NCBI GenBank assembly: GCA_963750735.1
Contig: CAVVRY010000014.1
Span: 143,568-207,567 of the forward strand
DNA length: 64,000 nucleotides
Reading direction: 5' to 3'
Origin: an uncultured Bacteroidales bacterium
GTDB lineage: Bacteria > Bacteroidota > Bacteroidia > Bacteroidales > VadinHA17
A model generated the notes under the pieces. It saw only the letters and a program-made list of their open reading frames with translations. It was not told where the DNA came from and ran no database searches. Position numbers and translations under genes: made by a program. This document shows positions 1 to 10,882 of this stretch, in pieces; position 1 is the stretch's first letter; every line of letters starts with the position of its first letter.

Positions 1-1
1 A

Positions 2-313
2 ATGAAGGCTTATAAACTGCAAGAAGAAGGTAGAGATACCATCCAGGCAAATGTTGAACTTGGATTTCAAGCTGATGAAAGAGATTATGGAGTTGGAGCC
101 AATATCCTCAGAGAACTCAACCTTGGTGAAATCAGGCTTATGACAAATAATCCTGTAAAAAGAGCAGGCCTTGAAGGATATGGATTAAAGATTATAGAAA
201 ATGTTCATCTTGAGTCAGAGCCAAATCCTTTCAATGAATTTTACCTTCAGACGAAAAAAGAAAAAATGGGCCATGTCCTTGAATTGGTGAAACCTTTACA
301 ATTTAAGAAATAA
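2..313 (+). CDS. ribA: GTP cyclohydrolase II domain, C-terminal end of RibA/RibBA (5' end cut by window edge)
   Basis: ORF is open to the window edge. [15 protein letters not shown]...[10 protein letters not shown]...[12 protein letters not shown] follows the conserved C-terminal half of GTP cyclohydrolase II (E. coli RibA: ANHQLGFAADERDF...RLLTNNPKK...YLDTKAEKMGH). Confidence 0.85.
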   Translation: MKAYKLQEEGRDTIQANVELGFQADERDYGVGANILRELNLGEIRLMTNNPVKRAGLEGYGLKIIENVHLESEPNPFNEFYLQTKKEKMGHVLELVKPLQFKK

Positions 314-347
314 AAAATCTCACCAGGACCAAATCACGCTTTCTGAG

Positions 348-1304
348 ATGAATAAAGAAAATTTCCGTATAGTGTTTATGGGTACTCCTGAGTTTGCTAA
401 GGAATCACTCAAGATGATTGTGGAAGTAGGATTTAATGTTGTAGCCGTAGTAACCGCGCCAGATAAACCATCTGGCAGGGGGAGAAAGCTTCAGCAATCG
501 GCTGTGAAAAAATTCGCTCTGGAAAATGATTTACCAGTTTTACAACCAAGTAACCTTAAAGATCCTGATTTTCTTAGTTCCTGAATAAAATTAAACGCAG
601 ATTTAATAGCTGTGGTTGCATTTCGGATGCTTCCTGAAGTTGTTTGGTCAATGCCACAAAAAGGAACAATAAATCTCCATGCATCACTCCTACCCGATTA
701 TCGCGGCGCTGCACCCATAAATTGGGTAATTATGAATGGGGAGAAAAAAACTGGTATCACTACTTTCTTTATTGAAAAGGAAATTGATACCGGGAATATT
801 TTGTTGCAGGAAGAAGTAGATATACCAGAAAATATGAATGCCGGTGAATTGCATGACAGCTTAATGAGAAAAGGTGCAAGTTTGCTAGTAGAAACCATTG
901 AAAAAGTAATTTCACAAAAAATAAAATCAGTTCCTCAGGAAAAAGATATCAGATATAAGCTAGCACCCAAAATCTATCCTCAAGCTTGTGAGATAGACTG
1001 GAAAGATGATGTTAAAGCAATATATAACAAAATCAGGGGATTATCACCATATCCAGGTGCATGGACTATGATTCAAACAGAAAATGATAAAAATTTTATT
1101 TTAAAAATATTTTCAGCAGAATATAGCAGGAAGTCAAATGATATATTAGAGCCTATTATCCTAAATGACTCAAATTTAAGATTTTCGGTGAAAGTTCCTG
1201 GAGGTATATTAAATATTCTTGAACTTCAGGTTCCGGGAAAAAAGAAAATGAAAATTCAAGAATTCCTAAGAGGAAATTCCATCGAGGGATGGAAATTATT
1301 ATAG
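348..1304 (+). pseudogene. fmt: methionyl-tRNA formyltransferase interrupted by one in-frame TGA (582-584)
   Basis: ORFs 348..584 and 612..1304 are in the same frame. Read-through gives ...LKDPDFLSS*IKLNADLIAVVAFRMLPEVVW...HASLLPDYRGAAPINW, a colinear Fmt (MGTPEFA N-terminus, HASLLP..RG..PI motif). The stop falls where homologs carry a hydrophobic residue (TTA->TGA is a one-base change). Confidence 0.85.
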
Positions 1305-1316
1305 GGCTTTCAATAC

Positions 1317-2417
1317 TTATTCAACTCTCAACCTGATTTTTTGTCCGGAACTCGGATTCTGGCCTGCCTTCATTTCATTCATTTCATACAACTTCCTGGT
1401 CCGAACAGCATATTTTTGACCAATATCCCTCATGGTTTCATTATCTCCTGCCATATGAAACATAATACCCTTTTCAGCCTGATTCCGCTTAGGTTGAAGA
1501 TAAATAACCATACCTGGGTGCAAGTTTGTATCCTCACTAAGTTCATTATATTTAATTATTTCCACTTTCAATAACTGATACTCTTCAGCCAGGCTTTCAA
1601 AAGTATCACCCGATCGGGTAATAATATAGTCTACTTTGTTTATTTTCTTTATTTGCCTTGCCCCAGTCCCTGTATGAACTACGAATTCTCCCTCGCTTTC
1701 AGCGTAAAAGGTCGACTCAGTCTGTGTTTTATTATCTGGATCCTCGGCTGTTGAGGAACTTGAAGGCGGAGTTGCTTCTGAAAAAGTTGGTAAAACTGTA
1801 GATTGCACTGGCACTATAGTCTTTTCTTTTTTCTTTGGCGCCTTACCAGTATCATAAATAGTTAAATCATTGGTTTCAATTATATCTATTAATAACTGTG
1901 CGTATTTCGGGTTTGTTGCATAACCTGCTTTCTTTAATCCCTTTGACCATCCTTTGTAATCAATCTGGTCCAGTTCAAAAAGAAATGAATATCGAGCTTT
2001 ATTTCTCAGGAAATCTGAGTGATCGCGATATGATTCTTCAACTGAATTGTATTTTCTAAAGCATTCATTTTTTCTATCATCATCCCAGGTAAATGTTTTC
2101 CCTTTCCAATCACTATGACATTTTATTCCAAAATGATTATTTGAACTTCTGGCCAGTGTACTATTACCATTTCCTGATTCAAGAACAGCCTGAGCCAAAG
2201 TTATACTCGCAGGAATCCCTGATCGATTCATCTCCCTTATTGCAATATCACTGTATTTATTAATGTAATCCTGCCGGGTTGAAGGAGCAGTTGACTTAGA
2301 TCTTGATGTAGATGTTTTAGGTACATACTTTTTAGAACTAGCTTTTTTTGAACTTTTACAGGCAGAGATCAATAATAAACTAACAAAAAAAAATATCAGG
2401 CTAATTCGCAGTGGCAT
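1317..2417 (-). CDS. lipoprotein N-acetylglucosaminidase (FlgJ-type glucosaminidase domain) with two C-terminal LysM domains
   Basis: Signal peptide plus lipobox (LLLISAC). ASITLAQAVLESGNGNSTLA..NNHFGIKC is a glucosaminidase-domain motif, and there are two LysM-like segments (YIITRSGDTFESLAEEY..., HMAGDNETMRDIGQKY...). ATG at 2417; the ORF track starts at an upstream TTG (2426). Confidence 0.8.
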   Translation of the reverse strand: MPLRISLIFFFVSLLLISACKSSKKASSKKYVPKTSTSRSKSTAPSTRQDYINKYSDIAIREMNRSGIPASITLAQAVLESGNGNSTLARSSNNHFGIKCHSDWKGKTFTWDDDRKNECFRKYNSVEESYRDHSDFLRNKARYSFLFELDQIDYKGWSKGLKKAGYATNPKYAQLLIDIIETNDLTIYDTGKAPKKKEKTIVPVQSTVLPTFSEATPPSSSSTAEDPDNKTQTESTFYAESEGEFVVHTGTGARQIKKINKVDYIITRSGDTFESLAEEYQLLKVEIIKYNELSEDTNLHPGMVIYLQPKRNQAEKGIMFHMAGDNETMRDIGQKYAVRTRKLYEMNEMKAGQNPSSGQKIRLRVE

Positions 2418-2504
2418 ACTCAACAAAAATGAATTATTCTCAGTTCAATCTGAACGAGGGTACAAATATGAAAACTAAATCGTAATTTTGAAAAAACGTT
2501 AAAA

Positions 2505-2996
2505 ATGAAAACGATAAAGGTAGAAACAATAGTATATGAATACTCAAATCTTTTTGAATTATCTGAGCTTGATCAAGAAGTAATTAGAAAAGCCAAAGAA
2601 TCAGCCATTAATTCATATTCTCCTTATTCGAAATTTCAGGTTGGATCAGCCGTTTACCTCGAAAATGGTGAAATAATCTCCGGCAATAATCAGGAAAACG
2701 CAGCATATCCCTCCGGCTTATGTGCTGAACGTGTTGCTCTTTTTTATGCTAATTCCAGGTTTCCTGATCAGAAGGTTAAAATTATAGCCATTGCTGCAAA
2801 AGGAAAAAATGGCTTTACAAGTGAACCTGTTTCTCCCTGTGGATCGTGTCGACAAGTTATGATAGAAAGTGAAGAGCGATTTGAAGAACCAATAAAACTT
2901 GTACTGGTTGGGGAAGATAAAATCCTGGTATTATCAAATATTGCACAACTATTGCCTCTCAGTTTTGATAAATCCCTTTTCCTGCAGAATAAATAA
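2505..2996 (+). CDS. cdd: cytidine deaminase
   Basis: Zinc-binding motifs CAERVAL and PCGSCRQVM at the spacing typical of cytidine deaminase; 163 aa. Confidence 0.85.
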   Translation: MKTIKVETIVYEYSNLFELSELDQEVIRKAKESAINSYSPYSKFQVGSAVYLENGEIISGNNQENAAYPSGLCAERVALFYANSRFPDQKVKIIAIAAKGKNGFTSEPVSPCGSCRQVMIESEERFEEPIKLVLVGEDKILVLSNIAQLLPLSFDKSLFLQNK

Positions 2997-2999
2997 AGT

Positions 3000-3686
3000 T
3001 TAATCCTTCAAAACTGCTTTAAATTCATCCCATAACACACCTCCTGGTGGATTTGCAATAATTTTGATGTTTGTTTGTTTAACGGGATGCACAAACTCTA
3101 ACTGCCTTGCATGCAGACAGATACTACCATCGGGGTTCGATCGTTTTGAGCCATACTTTAAATCACCTTTAACTGGGCATCCAATTTTAGACAACTGGCT
3201 TCTTATCTGGTGATGGCGACCAGTGTGTAATTCAACCTGAACAAAATAATACCTGTTGGAATTACCTTTCAATTCATAACTCAAACTGGCTTTTTTCGCT
3301 CCAGGTTTCTCGTGATCATATGCATATGACTTGTTTTGCCTTCGATTTCTAATTAAAAAATGATTAAGTGTAGCTGATTCCTCTGTAGGGCAAGACTGGA
3401 TAATGGCCCAATATACCTTCCTCAAATCTCTTTCCTTAAATAAATTATTCATTCGAGTCAGGGCTTTACTGGTCTTTGCAAAAACCACAATACCACTTAC
3501 CGGACGATCAATTCGGTGGACAACACCCAAAAAAATGTTTCCAGGTTTATTGTACTTAATCTTAAGAAATTGTTTTATCCTTACATCTAATGATTCATCT
3601 CCAGTCTGATCAGATTGTACCAGCTCGGAAGATTTTTTATTTACAACAATAATATGGTTGTCTTCAAATAAAATATCCGGGTCCAT
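3000..3686 (-). CDS. RluA-family pseudouridine synthase
   Basis: Catalytic motif HRIDRPVSGIVVFAK and C-terminal HTGRHHQIRSQL, typical of the RluA family. No S4 domain; 228 aa. Confidence 0.85.
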   Translation of the reverse strand: MDPDILFEDNHIIVVNKKSSELVQSDQTGDESLDVRIKQFLKIKYNKPGNIFLGVVHRIDRPVSGIVVFAKTSKALTRMNNLFKERDLRKVYWAIIQSCPTEESATLNHFLIRNRRQNKSYAYDHEKPGAKKASLSYELKGNSNRYYFVQVELHTGRHHQIRSQLSKIGCPVKGDLKYGSKRSNPDGSICLHARQLEFVHPVKQTNIKIIANPPGGVLWDEFKAVLKD

Positions 3687-3757
3687 ATTGAAAATAAAAA
3701 TTGATGGTGCAGCAGGATTTAGGAGCTTAGTGCACTAGATAAATACAATAGAGAATA

Positions 3758-4573
3758 TCAATACTGTTCATTTTCATTTGGGAAATGACCTTCCCGAACA
3801 TCTTCAATGTATGATTGAACTGCTCCAAGAATTTCCTGATTCAGGTTATGATACCTTCTTAGAAAACGTGGGGAAAACTCTTGTGTTAAACCAAGCATAT
3901 CATGTACGACCAGGATCTGTCCATCAACATCCCCTCCAGCACCAATTCCTATTATTGGAATTTTAATTTCTTCGGCTACTTTTTTTGCGAGTTTTGCAGG
4001 TATTTTTTCTACTACAATGGCAAAACATCCGGCTTTTTCTAGCAAATGTGCATCTTCAATTAGCTTGTCTGCCTCATCTTTGTCTCTGGCTCTTACTACA
4101 TAAGTGCCAAATTTATGTATTGCCTGGGGCATCAACCCTAAATGTCCCATGACAGGTATTCCTGCTGATAAGATTCTGTCAATTGATTCCAGAACTTCTT
4201 TTCCCCCTTCAAGCTTAACAGCATGAGCACCTGTTTCTTTCATTATTCTGATAGCAGATGATAAAGCCAATGTAGAATTTCCCTGATAAGTTCCAAAAGG
4301 GAGGTCAACAACAACCAGGGCTCGCTTTACTCCCCTTACAACAGAGCTTGCATGATAGATCATTTCATCAAGGGTAATGGGAATTGTTGTTTCATAACCT
4401 GCCATTACATTTGAGGCTGAGTCACCTACCAATATAGCATCAATTTTAGTTTTATCTAGAATTTTGGCGGTAGTAAAGTCATAGGCAGTTAGCATGGTAA
4501 TTTTCTCACCTTTAAGCTTCATCTCATTTAAAACATGAGTGGTAACTTTCCTAACTTGTTTGTGTAATGACAT
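3758..4573 (-). CDS. panB: 3-methyl-2-oxobutanoate hydroxymethyltransferase
   Basis: [14 protein letters not shown]...[14 protein letters not shown]...VKLEGG motifs and a 271-aa length match PanB. Ends in TGA at the expected length. Confidence 0.9.
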   Translation of the reverse strand: MSLHKQVRKVTTHVLNEMKLKGEKITMLTAYDFTTAKILDKTKIDAILVGDSASNVMAGYETTIPITLDEMIYHASSVVRGVKRALVVVDLPFGTYQGNSTLALSSAIRIMKETGAHAVKLEGGKEVLESIDRILSAGIPVMGHLGLMPQAIHKFGTYVVRARDKDEADKLIEDAHLLEKAGCFAIVVEKIPAKLAKKVAEEIKIPIIGIGAGGDVDGQILVVHDMLGLTQEFSPRFLRRYHNLNQEILGAVQSYIEDVREGHFPNENEQY

Positions 4574-4835
4574 AATATAATTTTTATGTTACAAATTGAA
4601 TTGTAAAACAAAGCTACAAATTTGATTCTTTACCTCATCAATTATTACTACTATTTTTTAATTCCCTCCTTTCATAATACTGCCTTTTTGTCATTGAAAG
4701 AATTTTATAGAATCATTAGATAATCACTCTTAGTGACAATATAACATTTAATTGACATAAAACCAGAGTGGCATAATGATTGATTATTGAGATCGAAACA
4801 GAATAATTAATACGATATCAATAAAACAAAATAAT

Positions 4836-6749
4836 ATGGGTAAAATAATTGGAATAGATTTAGGGACAACCAATTCTTGCGTTGCTGTAATGGAGGGTAA
4901 TGAACCTGTTGTTATACCTAACAGCGAAGGTAAAAGAACTACACCATCTATGGTAGCATTTGTGGAAAATGGTGAAAGGAAAGTAGGTGATCCTGCTAAA
5001 AGGCAGGCAATTACCAATCCTACCAAAACCGTTGCATCAATAAAAAGATTTATGGGTGAAACCTGTGGAAATCTTGAAAAGGAGATAAGCAGAGTTCCCT
5101 ATAAGGTAGTAAAAGGGGAAAACAATTCTCCCCGAGTTAAAATAGATGACAGGTTGTATTCACCTCAAGAGATCTCTGCTATGGTTCTTCAGAAAATGAA
5201 GAAAACTGCTGAAGATTACCTAGGACAAGAAGTTACTGAAGCTGTTATTACATGTCCAGCATATTTTAACGATTCACAGCGTCAGGCCACCAAGGAAGCT
5301 GGTGAAATTGCCGGACTTACAGTGAAAAGAATTATAAATGAACCAACTGCAGCCTCATTGGCTTATGGTCTTGACAAAAAGGGAAAAGACATGAAGGTTG
5401 CCGTATTTGACCTTGGTGGTGGAACTTTCGACATTTCTATCCTTGAGTTAGGTGATGGAGTTTTTGAGGTTAAGTCAACCAATGGAAATACTCACCTGGG
5501 AGGTGATGACTTTGACCAGGTAATAATTGACTGGTTGGCTGATGAGTTTAAAAAAGAAGAGAACATTGATCTAAGAAAAGATCCAATGGCACTGCAGAGG
5601 CTTAAGGAAGCTGCTGAGAAGGCTAAAATTGAACTTTCAAGCAGTACGAGTACAGAAATTAATCTTCCTTATATAATGCCGGTTGATGGGATTCCCAAGC
5701 ATCTTGTAAAAACATTGACCAGAGCTCATTTCGAGAAACTTGCCGACAAATTAATCCAAGCCGTAAAACAGCCATGCAAGGAAGCATTGAAAGATGCTGG
5801 TCTGAGTTCCTCAGAAATTGATGAAGTTCTATTGGTAGGTGGCTCAACCAGAATTCCAGCGGTCCAGGAAATCGTAAAAGAATTTTTTGGAAAAGCACCT
5901 TCAAAAGGTGTAAACCCGGATGAGGTTGTTGCTGTTGGTGCAGCTATTCAGGGTGGTGTTTTAACCGGAGAGGTTAAAGATGTTTTATTGCTGGATGTTA
6001 CTCCTTTATCTCTTGGTATTGAGACTCTTGGTGGGGTTATGACCAAACTAATTGAGTCAAATACAACAATTCCTACTAAAAAGTCAGAATCTTTTACCAC
6101 AGCTGCTGATAATCAGCCTTCTGTTGAAATACATGTACTACAGGGTGAGAGACCGATGGCTAATGGAAACAAAACAATTGGAAGATTTCACCTTGATGGT
6201 ATTCCTCCTTCCCCACGCGGTATTCCACAGGTAGAAGTATCCTTTGACATAGATGCCAATGGTATTTTGAATGTTACTGCAAAAGATAAGGGAACCGGTA
6301 AGGAACAGAATATTAGGATTGAGGCCTCAACAGGACTTTCAGATGATGAAATAAACAGGATGAAAGAAGAAGCTAAGGCCAACGAGCAAGCTGATAAAGA
6401 CGCTCGCGAACAGGTTGATAAGCTTAATGCTGCCGATAGTTTGATTTTCCAGACCGAAAAACAACTAAAAGAATTTGGTGACAAGCTTCCTGAAGATAAA
6501 AAAGGTCCTATTAAGAAGGCACTTGAGGATCTAAAGGAAGTGCATAAGAACAAAGATATGGATGGAATCGAGAAAGCTACTGCTGAGTTAAATACAGTTT
6601 GGCAGGCTGCCTCAGAAGAAATGTACAAAGCAAGTCAAGCCTCAGCTGGCCAACCAGAAGGCCCTCAACCAGGCGCTCCTGAACCAGATCAGGGTGATAA
6701 GAAAGGTGACGATGAAGTTACAGATGTTGATTTCGAGGAAGTAAAATAA
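4836..6749 (+). CDS. dnaK: molecular chaperone DnaK (Hsp70)
   Basis: [23 protein letters not shown] and [14 protein letters not shown] signatures. 637 aa with an acidic C-terminal tail ending DVDFEEVK. Confidence 0.98.
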   Translation: MGKIIGIDLGTTNSCVAVMEGNEPVVIPNSEGKRTTPSMVAFVENGERKVGDPAKRQAITNPTKTVASIKRFMGETCGNLEKEISRVPYKVVKGENNSPRVKIDDRLYSPQEISAMVLQKMKKTAEDYLGQEVTEAVITCPAYFNDSQRQATKEAGEIAGLTVKRIINEPTAASLAYGLDKKGKDMKVAVFDLGGGTFDISILELGDGVFEVKSTNGNTHLGGDDFDQVIIDWLADEFKKEENIDLRKDPMALQRLKEAAEKAKIELSSSTSTEINLPYIMPVDGIPKHLVKTLTRAHFEKLADKLIQAVKQPCKEALKDAGLSSSEIDEVLLVGGSTRIPAVQEIVKEFFGKAPSKGVNPDEVVAVGAAIQGGVLTGEVKDVLLLDVTPLSLGIETLGGVMTKLIESNTTIPTKKSESFTTAADNQPSVEIHVLQGERPMANGNKTIGRFHLDGIPPSPRGIPQVEVSFDIDANGILNVTAKDKGTGKEQNIRIEASTGLSDDEINRMKEEAKANEQADKDAREQVDKLNAADSLIFQTEKQLKEFGDKLPEDKKGPIKKALEDLKEVHKNKDMDGIEKATAELNTVWQAASEEMYKASQASAGQPEGPQPGAPEPDQGDKKGDDEVTDVDFEEVK

Positions 6750-6768
6750 TTGGACAGAAATATATATG

Positions 6769-6797
6769 AAAGCCCCGATATCGGGGCTTTTTTTTAT
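6769..6797 (+). terminator. Rho-independent terminator after dnaK
   Basis: Perfect palindrome agccccga/tcggggct (6771-6788) followed by a run of 7 T, 20 nt after the dnaK stop. Confidence 0.85.
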
Positions 6798-6848
6798 TTT
6801 TACAGTAATAAGATATTAATATTAAAATAATAATCGTTTAAAGAATAA

Positions 6849-7667
6849 ATGAGATTAATGAAGTTGAGAATATTTTTTGTTTTGATCGGTTTCACTTTTT
6901 TTGGTATTTCAATTGCACAAAGCAAAGAAATTAAAAGTGATACCATTTTTAATACAATTGATGGCGCCGGTTTAAAACAAGGTTTTTGGAAAAAGTTTTA
7001 TCCTAATGGAAACATTAGATATACCGGTCAGTTTAATAATAACAAACCAATTGGAGAATTCCGCCGATACTATGAGAAGAAAGGTCTTCAATCAATATTA
7101 AAATATGATGAAAACGGGAAATCATCATCTGTAGAATTTTATTATAATAATGGAGAACTTGCCGCTACTGGAAAGTATATTGGTACTGAAAAAGACAGTG
7201 TTTGGAAATATTATTCTTATTATGGAGGATTTTTGTCAAAAGAAGAGCATTATAAAATCGGTAAGAAGAATGGTGCTTCCCGTGATTATTATGAAAATGG
7301 CACTATTTCACAGGAAATTATCTGGCAAAATGGAGTAAAGAACGGTATTTGGAAAATTTGGTTCTCTGATGCTTCTCTGCAACTGGAAACACAATACATC
7401 AATGGGATACTAAATGGCGGTTTTACAACCTATTATCCAGATGGAACTGTTGAAATCCAGGGTGTTTATAAGGACAACATAAGGATCGGATCATGGGAAT
7501 ATACTGATATAAAAACAAAAGAGATTAGAACAATCAAATATATTAACGGATTACCTGAAAATCAGGATGAAATAGATAAAAAGTTTCTTGAATCAATGGA
7601 GGAGTATGAAAAGAATAAAAATAAGATTAAAGAACCTGATTTAAACGATTTTAACATTAAAAGGTAA
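6849..7667 (+). CDS. secreted MORN-variant repeat (YwqK-like) protein
   Basis: Signal peptide, then repeated G.W..(F/Y)Y.NG......G.Y..(N/G)K..G.W units (GFWKKFYPNGNIRYTGQFNNNKPIGEF, GIWKIWFSDASL..., GSWEYTD). Confidence 0.7.
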   Translation: MRLMKLRIFFVLIGFTFFGISIAQSKEIKSDTIFNTIDGAGLKQGFWKKFYPNGNIRYTGQFNNNKPIGEFRRYYEKKGLQSILKYDENGKSSSVEFYYNNGELAATGKYIGTEKDSVWKYYSYYGGFLSKEEHYKIGKKNGASRDYYENGTISQEIIWQNGVKNGIWKIWFSDASLQLETQYINGILNGGFTTYYPDGTVEIQGVYKDNIRIGSWEYTDIKTKEIRTIKYINGLPENQDEIDKKFLESMEEYEKNKNKIKEPDLNDFNIKR

Positions 7668-7708
7668 ATTGTTTCTTTGCCATTTTATAATTAATATTTG
7701 AAAGTATT

Positions 7709-9352
7709 ATGCATAAATACTTGTTATATATGTTTTTCATGGTACTGGGTATCAATTCAAGTCTATCCCAATCGGCCAATGACAAGTATTGGGTAAAATT
7801 CAAAGATAAATCCAATAATGAGTATAGTATTGAGAGACCCGAAGAGTTTCTTTCTCCACGCAGCCTGGAAAGAAGGACTAAACAGGGCATCCAGATTAAT
7901 GAACAAGACCTACCTGTTTCAAAAATATACCTCGATAGCCTGATGAACCGAGGCATTACTATTCTTAACACCTCCAAGTGGTTTAATTCAGCAGTTATTA
8001 AATCAGAGGACGTTTCGCTTCCTGAAACATTAGAGGCTTTGGATTTTATTGTTGATTATGAAAAAGTATATTCTGAGCTCAACTTAAAATCCAAGATATC
8101 AAAATTTAATTCCAATATATTCAAAGGACAACTATTAAGAAACACATATTATGGAATGGGCTTTGAACAAATTTCTCTTTCTCAGGGGAATTTCCTCCAT
8201 GAAATGGGTTACAAAGGCAAAGGATTAATAATAGCTGTTCTTGATGCTGGATTTTACGGTGCAAATTATTATCCTGCATTTGATAGCCTTTGGGATAAAT
8301 CCAGAATTCTTGGCTACCGTAACTTTGTTGATGATCAGCAAAATATTTTCGAATCTCATCCACACGGAATGTATGTACTTTCTATTATGGGTGGGAATAT
8401 TCCAGGTCAATTGGTTGGGACAGCGCCAGAATCATCATACTGGTTGCTACGATCAGAAGATACCTCAAGTGAATTTCTCATAGAAGAAGATAACTGGATT
8501 GCAGCAGCAGAGTTTGCTGATAGTATAGGTGCGGATATTATAAATTCATCCCTTGGTTACTATGAATTTGATGATCCTGAAATGAATCATACCTACCAGG
8601 ATTTGGATGGCAAATCTACAAGAGTATCCATAGGTGCCAATATCGCATCGTCAAAAGGGATACTAGTTGTGGCAAGTGCTGGAAATGAGGGAAATGATCC
8701 ATGGCATTATATACTAGCTCCCTCCGATGCCATTGGTGTTCTTTCTATTGGTGCTGTAGATTCCCTTAATAATAAAGCTGAATTCAGTTCCTTTGGACCA
8801 AGTTCAGATGGCAGAATTAAACCAGATGTTACAGCTATGGGAAAAGCAGATGCTTTTCAGGGAACTAGCGGATTTATTGTAAGAGGGAATGGAACATCCT
8901 TTTCTTCTCCTGTGGTGGCTGGCCTATCAGCTTGCTTGTGGCAGTCATTTCCTGAGGCAAAAAGTTCAGATATTGCAGATGCAATTCAAAGAAGTGCTCG
9001 AAACTATTATTCTCCAGATGCTGGAGTTGGATATGGAACAGCTAATTTCTTATTGGCCTATCAATACTTAAAAGTTCTTAATTCAAATGAATTAGAACAA
9101 AAGGTTATCCTATTTCCAAATCCAGTAGACGATTACTTTACAATATTAGTACCAAATGATCCTGCATCTGGAATTGAAATGAAACTATACAACTCAACAG
9201 GTCAAATGGTTAAACAGGAATCGTACAAATCGACTGATCAAGTTATCTTTTTTGCAACAATTACAGGATTGTCAAGCCTGAGTTCCGGCACTTATTTACT
9301 GAAGGTATTCACTCGAGAAAAAACGTTTACAAATAAAATAATTAAACTATAG
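7709..9352 (+). CDS. S8 (subtilisin-like) serine peptidase with T9SS type-A C-terminal sorting domain
   Basis: Catalytic triad contexts VLDAGF (Asp), HGMYVLS (His) and GTSFSSPVVAG (Ser). The last ~80 aa (ILFPNPVDDYFTIL...GTYLLKVFT...KIIKL) resemble the Por secretion tail. Confidence 0.85.
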   Translation: MHKYLLYMFFMVLGINSSLSQSANDKYWVKFKDKSNNEYSIERPEEFLSPRSLERRTKQGIQINEQDLPVSKIYLDSLMNRGITILNTSKWFNSAVIKSEDVSLPETLEALDFIVDYEKVYSELNLKSKISKFNSNIFKGQLLRNTYYGMGFEQISLSQGNFLHEMGYKGKGLIIAVLDAGFYGANYYPAFDSLWDKSRILGYRNFVDDQQNIFESHPHGMYVLSIMGGNIPGQLVGTAPESSYWLLRSEDTSSEFLIEEDNWIAAAEFADSIGADIINSSLGYYEFDDPEMNHTYQDLDGKSTRVSIGANIASSKGILVVASAGNEGNDPWHYILAPSDAIGVLSIGAVDSLNNKAEFSSFGPSSDGRIKPDVTAMGKADAFQGTSGFIVRGNGTSFSSPVVAGLSACLWQSFPEAKSSDIADAIQRSARNYYSPDAGVGYGTANFLLAYQYLKVLNSNELEQKVILFPNPVDDYFTILVPNDPASGIEMKLYNSTGQMVKQESYKSTDQVIFFATITGLSSLSSGTYLLKVFTREKTFTNKIIKL

Positions 9353-9455
9353 GAGCCTTTATTAAGGTAAAGCAACAAAATGCATTCCCAACAATTAACT
9401 AAATAAGATTACATTTGATAGATGTATTCATTTAATAAAAATTGATCGGCATTTC

Positions 9456-10856
9456 TTGACTCAAAAAGTATCACTATATGAATTAAACAACAGAGTTAAG
9501 GGTATCTTAAATGAGACCCTACCAGAACTGGTATGGGTAATTGCAGAAATAAATGAGATAAATACAAATAAATCAGGACATTGCTATCTTGAACTTATTG
9601 AAAAAGATACCACCTCTGATCGGATTATTGCCAAAACGCGAGCAACGATATGGGCATTTACATTCCGGCTCCTAAAACCTTATTTTGAAACCACCACTGG
9701 ACAATCCTTTTCAAGCGGCATAAAGGTTCTTCTAAATGTGAAGATTGAATTCCATGAATTATTTGGCTACTCTCTGAATGTACATGATATTGACCCAACA
9801 TATACGGTTGGTGATCTTGCCAGGCAAAAAATGCAAACCATAAAGAAACTTAAGAAAGAAGGTGTCTTTTATATGAATATGGAGTTGCACATTCCACTTC
9901 TTCCTGCAAACATTGCAATTGTATCCTCTCATACAGCTGCAGGTTATCAGGACTTTGTCCATCAGTTAAAAAACAATCCATCCGGATATATATTTAATAC
10001 AAAACTTTTCCCATCCGTGGTTCAGGGAAAAGATGCTGAAGTATCAATCATTCAGGCATTAGATAGAATTTTTCAATATGAAAACTTTTTTGATGTAGTG
10101 GTCATAATTAGAGGCGGTGGTTCTCAAACTGATCTTAATTGTTTTAACAATTATTTTCTTTCCAGTCATATAGCACAGTACCCGATTCCAGTAATAACCG
10201 GAATTGGACATGAAAAAGATGAATCAGTTGCAGATATGGTAGCAGCCATAAATCTTAAAACCCCAACAGCTGTTGCAGAATTTCTTATTCAGTCCTTCCT
10301 TGATTTTGAAAATAAAATAAATGACATCCAGGAGAATATTATTGATCTTGTATTAGCATCAATATCTCAACTTAGAGATAATTTAACCTCCATAGCTCAG
10401 AAAATTGCGCCTAATATTCATCAGAGAATAGGAAGTAAGACCCGGAGACTTGATCACCTTGGCGTTTTAACCAGCTCAGGAGTGAAAAATTACTTAAATA
10501 CTCAGAGGGGGAATTTGGATTCCACGCCTTATGAAATTCAACGTAAAATGAAGGATAATTTCAGACTATTGTCCTATCAGCTTAAAGGATTAATTGGCTC
10601 CATTAAACTTTCAGCAAACCAGTTTAACAGGAATCATGAAAACAAACTTGAAATTCACCAACAATCCCTTAAACTTCTTGATCCAGGAAACATCCTTAAG
10701 CGAGGTTATAGCTTATCATATTCTGAAAATAAGCTGGTTACCAGGGTGTCTGGTTTAAAAAAAGACGACCTCCTCAAGACAAAGTTTTATGATGGAGAAG
10801 TATTTAGTAAAGTTAAAAATGTTATTTTAGGCAAATTGGAGAAAGAAGAAAAATAG
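9456..10856 (+). CDS. xseA: exodeoxyribonuclease VII large subunit
   Basis: N-terminal OB-fold region (VWVIAEINEIN..SGHCYLELIEKD), central IAIVSSHTAAGYQDF...IIRGGGS motifs and a long coiled-coil C-terminus. TTG start. Confidence 0.9.
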   Translation: MTQKVSLYELNNRVKGILNETLPELVWVIAEINEINTNKSGHCYLELIEKDTTSDRIIAKTRATIWAFTFRLLKPYFETTTGQSFSSGIKVLLNVKIEFHELFGYSLNVHDIDPTYTVGDLARQKMQTIKKLKKEGVFYMNMELHIPLLPANIAIVSSHTAAGYQDFVHQLKNNPSGYIFNTKLFPSVVQGKDAEVSIIQALDRIFQYENFFDVVVIIRGGGSQTDLNCFNNYFLSSHIAQYPIPVITGIGHEKDESVADMVAAINLKTPTAVAEFLIQSFLDFENKINDIQENIIDLVLASISQLRDNLTSIAQKIAPNIHQRIGSKTRRLDHLGVLTSSGVKNYLNTQRGNLDSTPYEIQRKMKDNFRLLSYQLKGLIGSIKLSANQFNRNHENKLEIHQQSLKLLDPGNILKRGYSLSYSENKLVTRVSGLKKDDLLKTKFYDGEVFSKVKNVILGKLEKEEK

Positions 10857-10882
10857 CCGCATTTAAAAACTGAATAACAGGT

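Noticed and set aside
582-584. TGA reassigned as a sense codon (alternative genetic code) or selenocysteine
   Set aside because: TGA ends panB (3758-3760), GH130 (25507-25509) and the first TPR kinase (12833-12835) at lengths normal for those families. Fmt has no known selenocysteine form, and homologs have a hydrophobic residue at this position.
4784-6628. Antisense and alternative-frame ORFs overlapping dnaK (4784..5026, 5659..5904, 6052..6234, 6188..6628)
   Set aside because: They lie entirely inside the highly conserved dnaK frame. Their Ser/Leu-rich translations are typical of antisense reading of a real gene.
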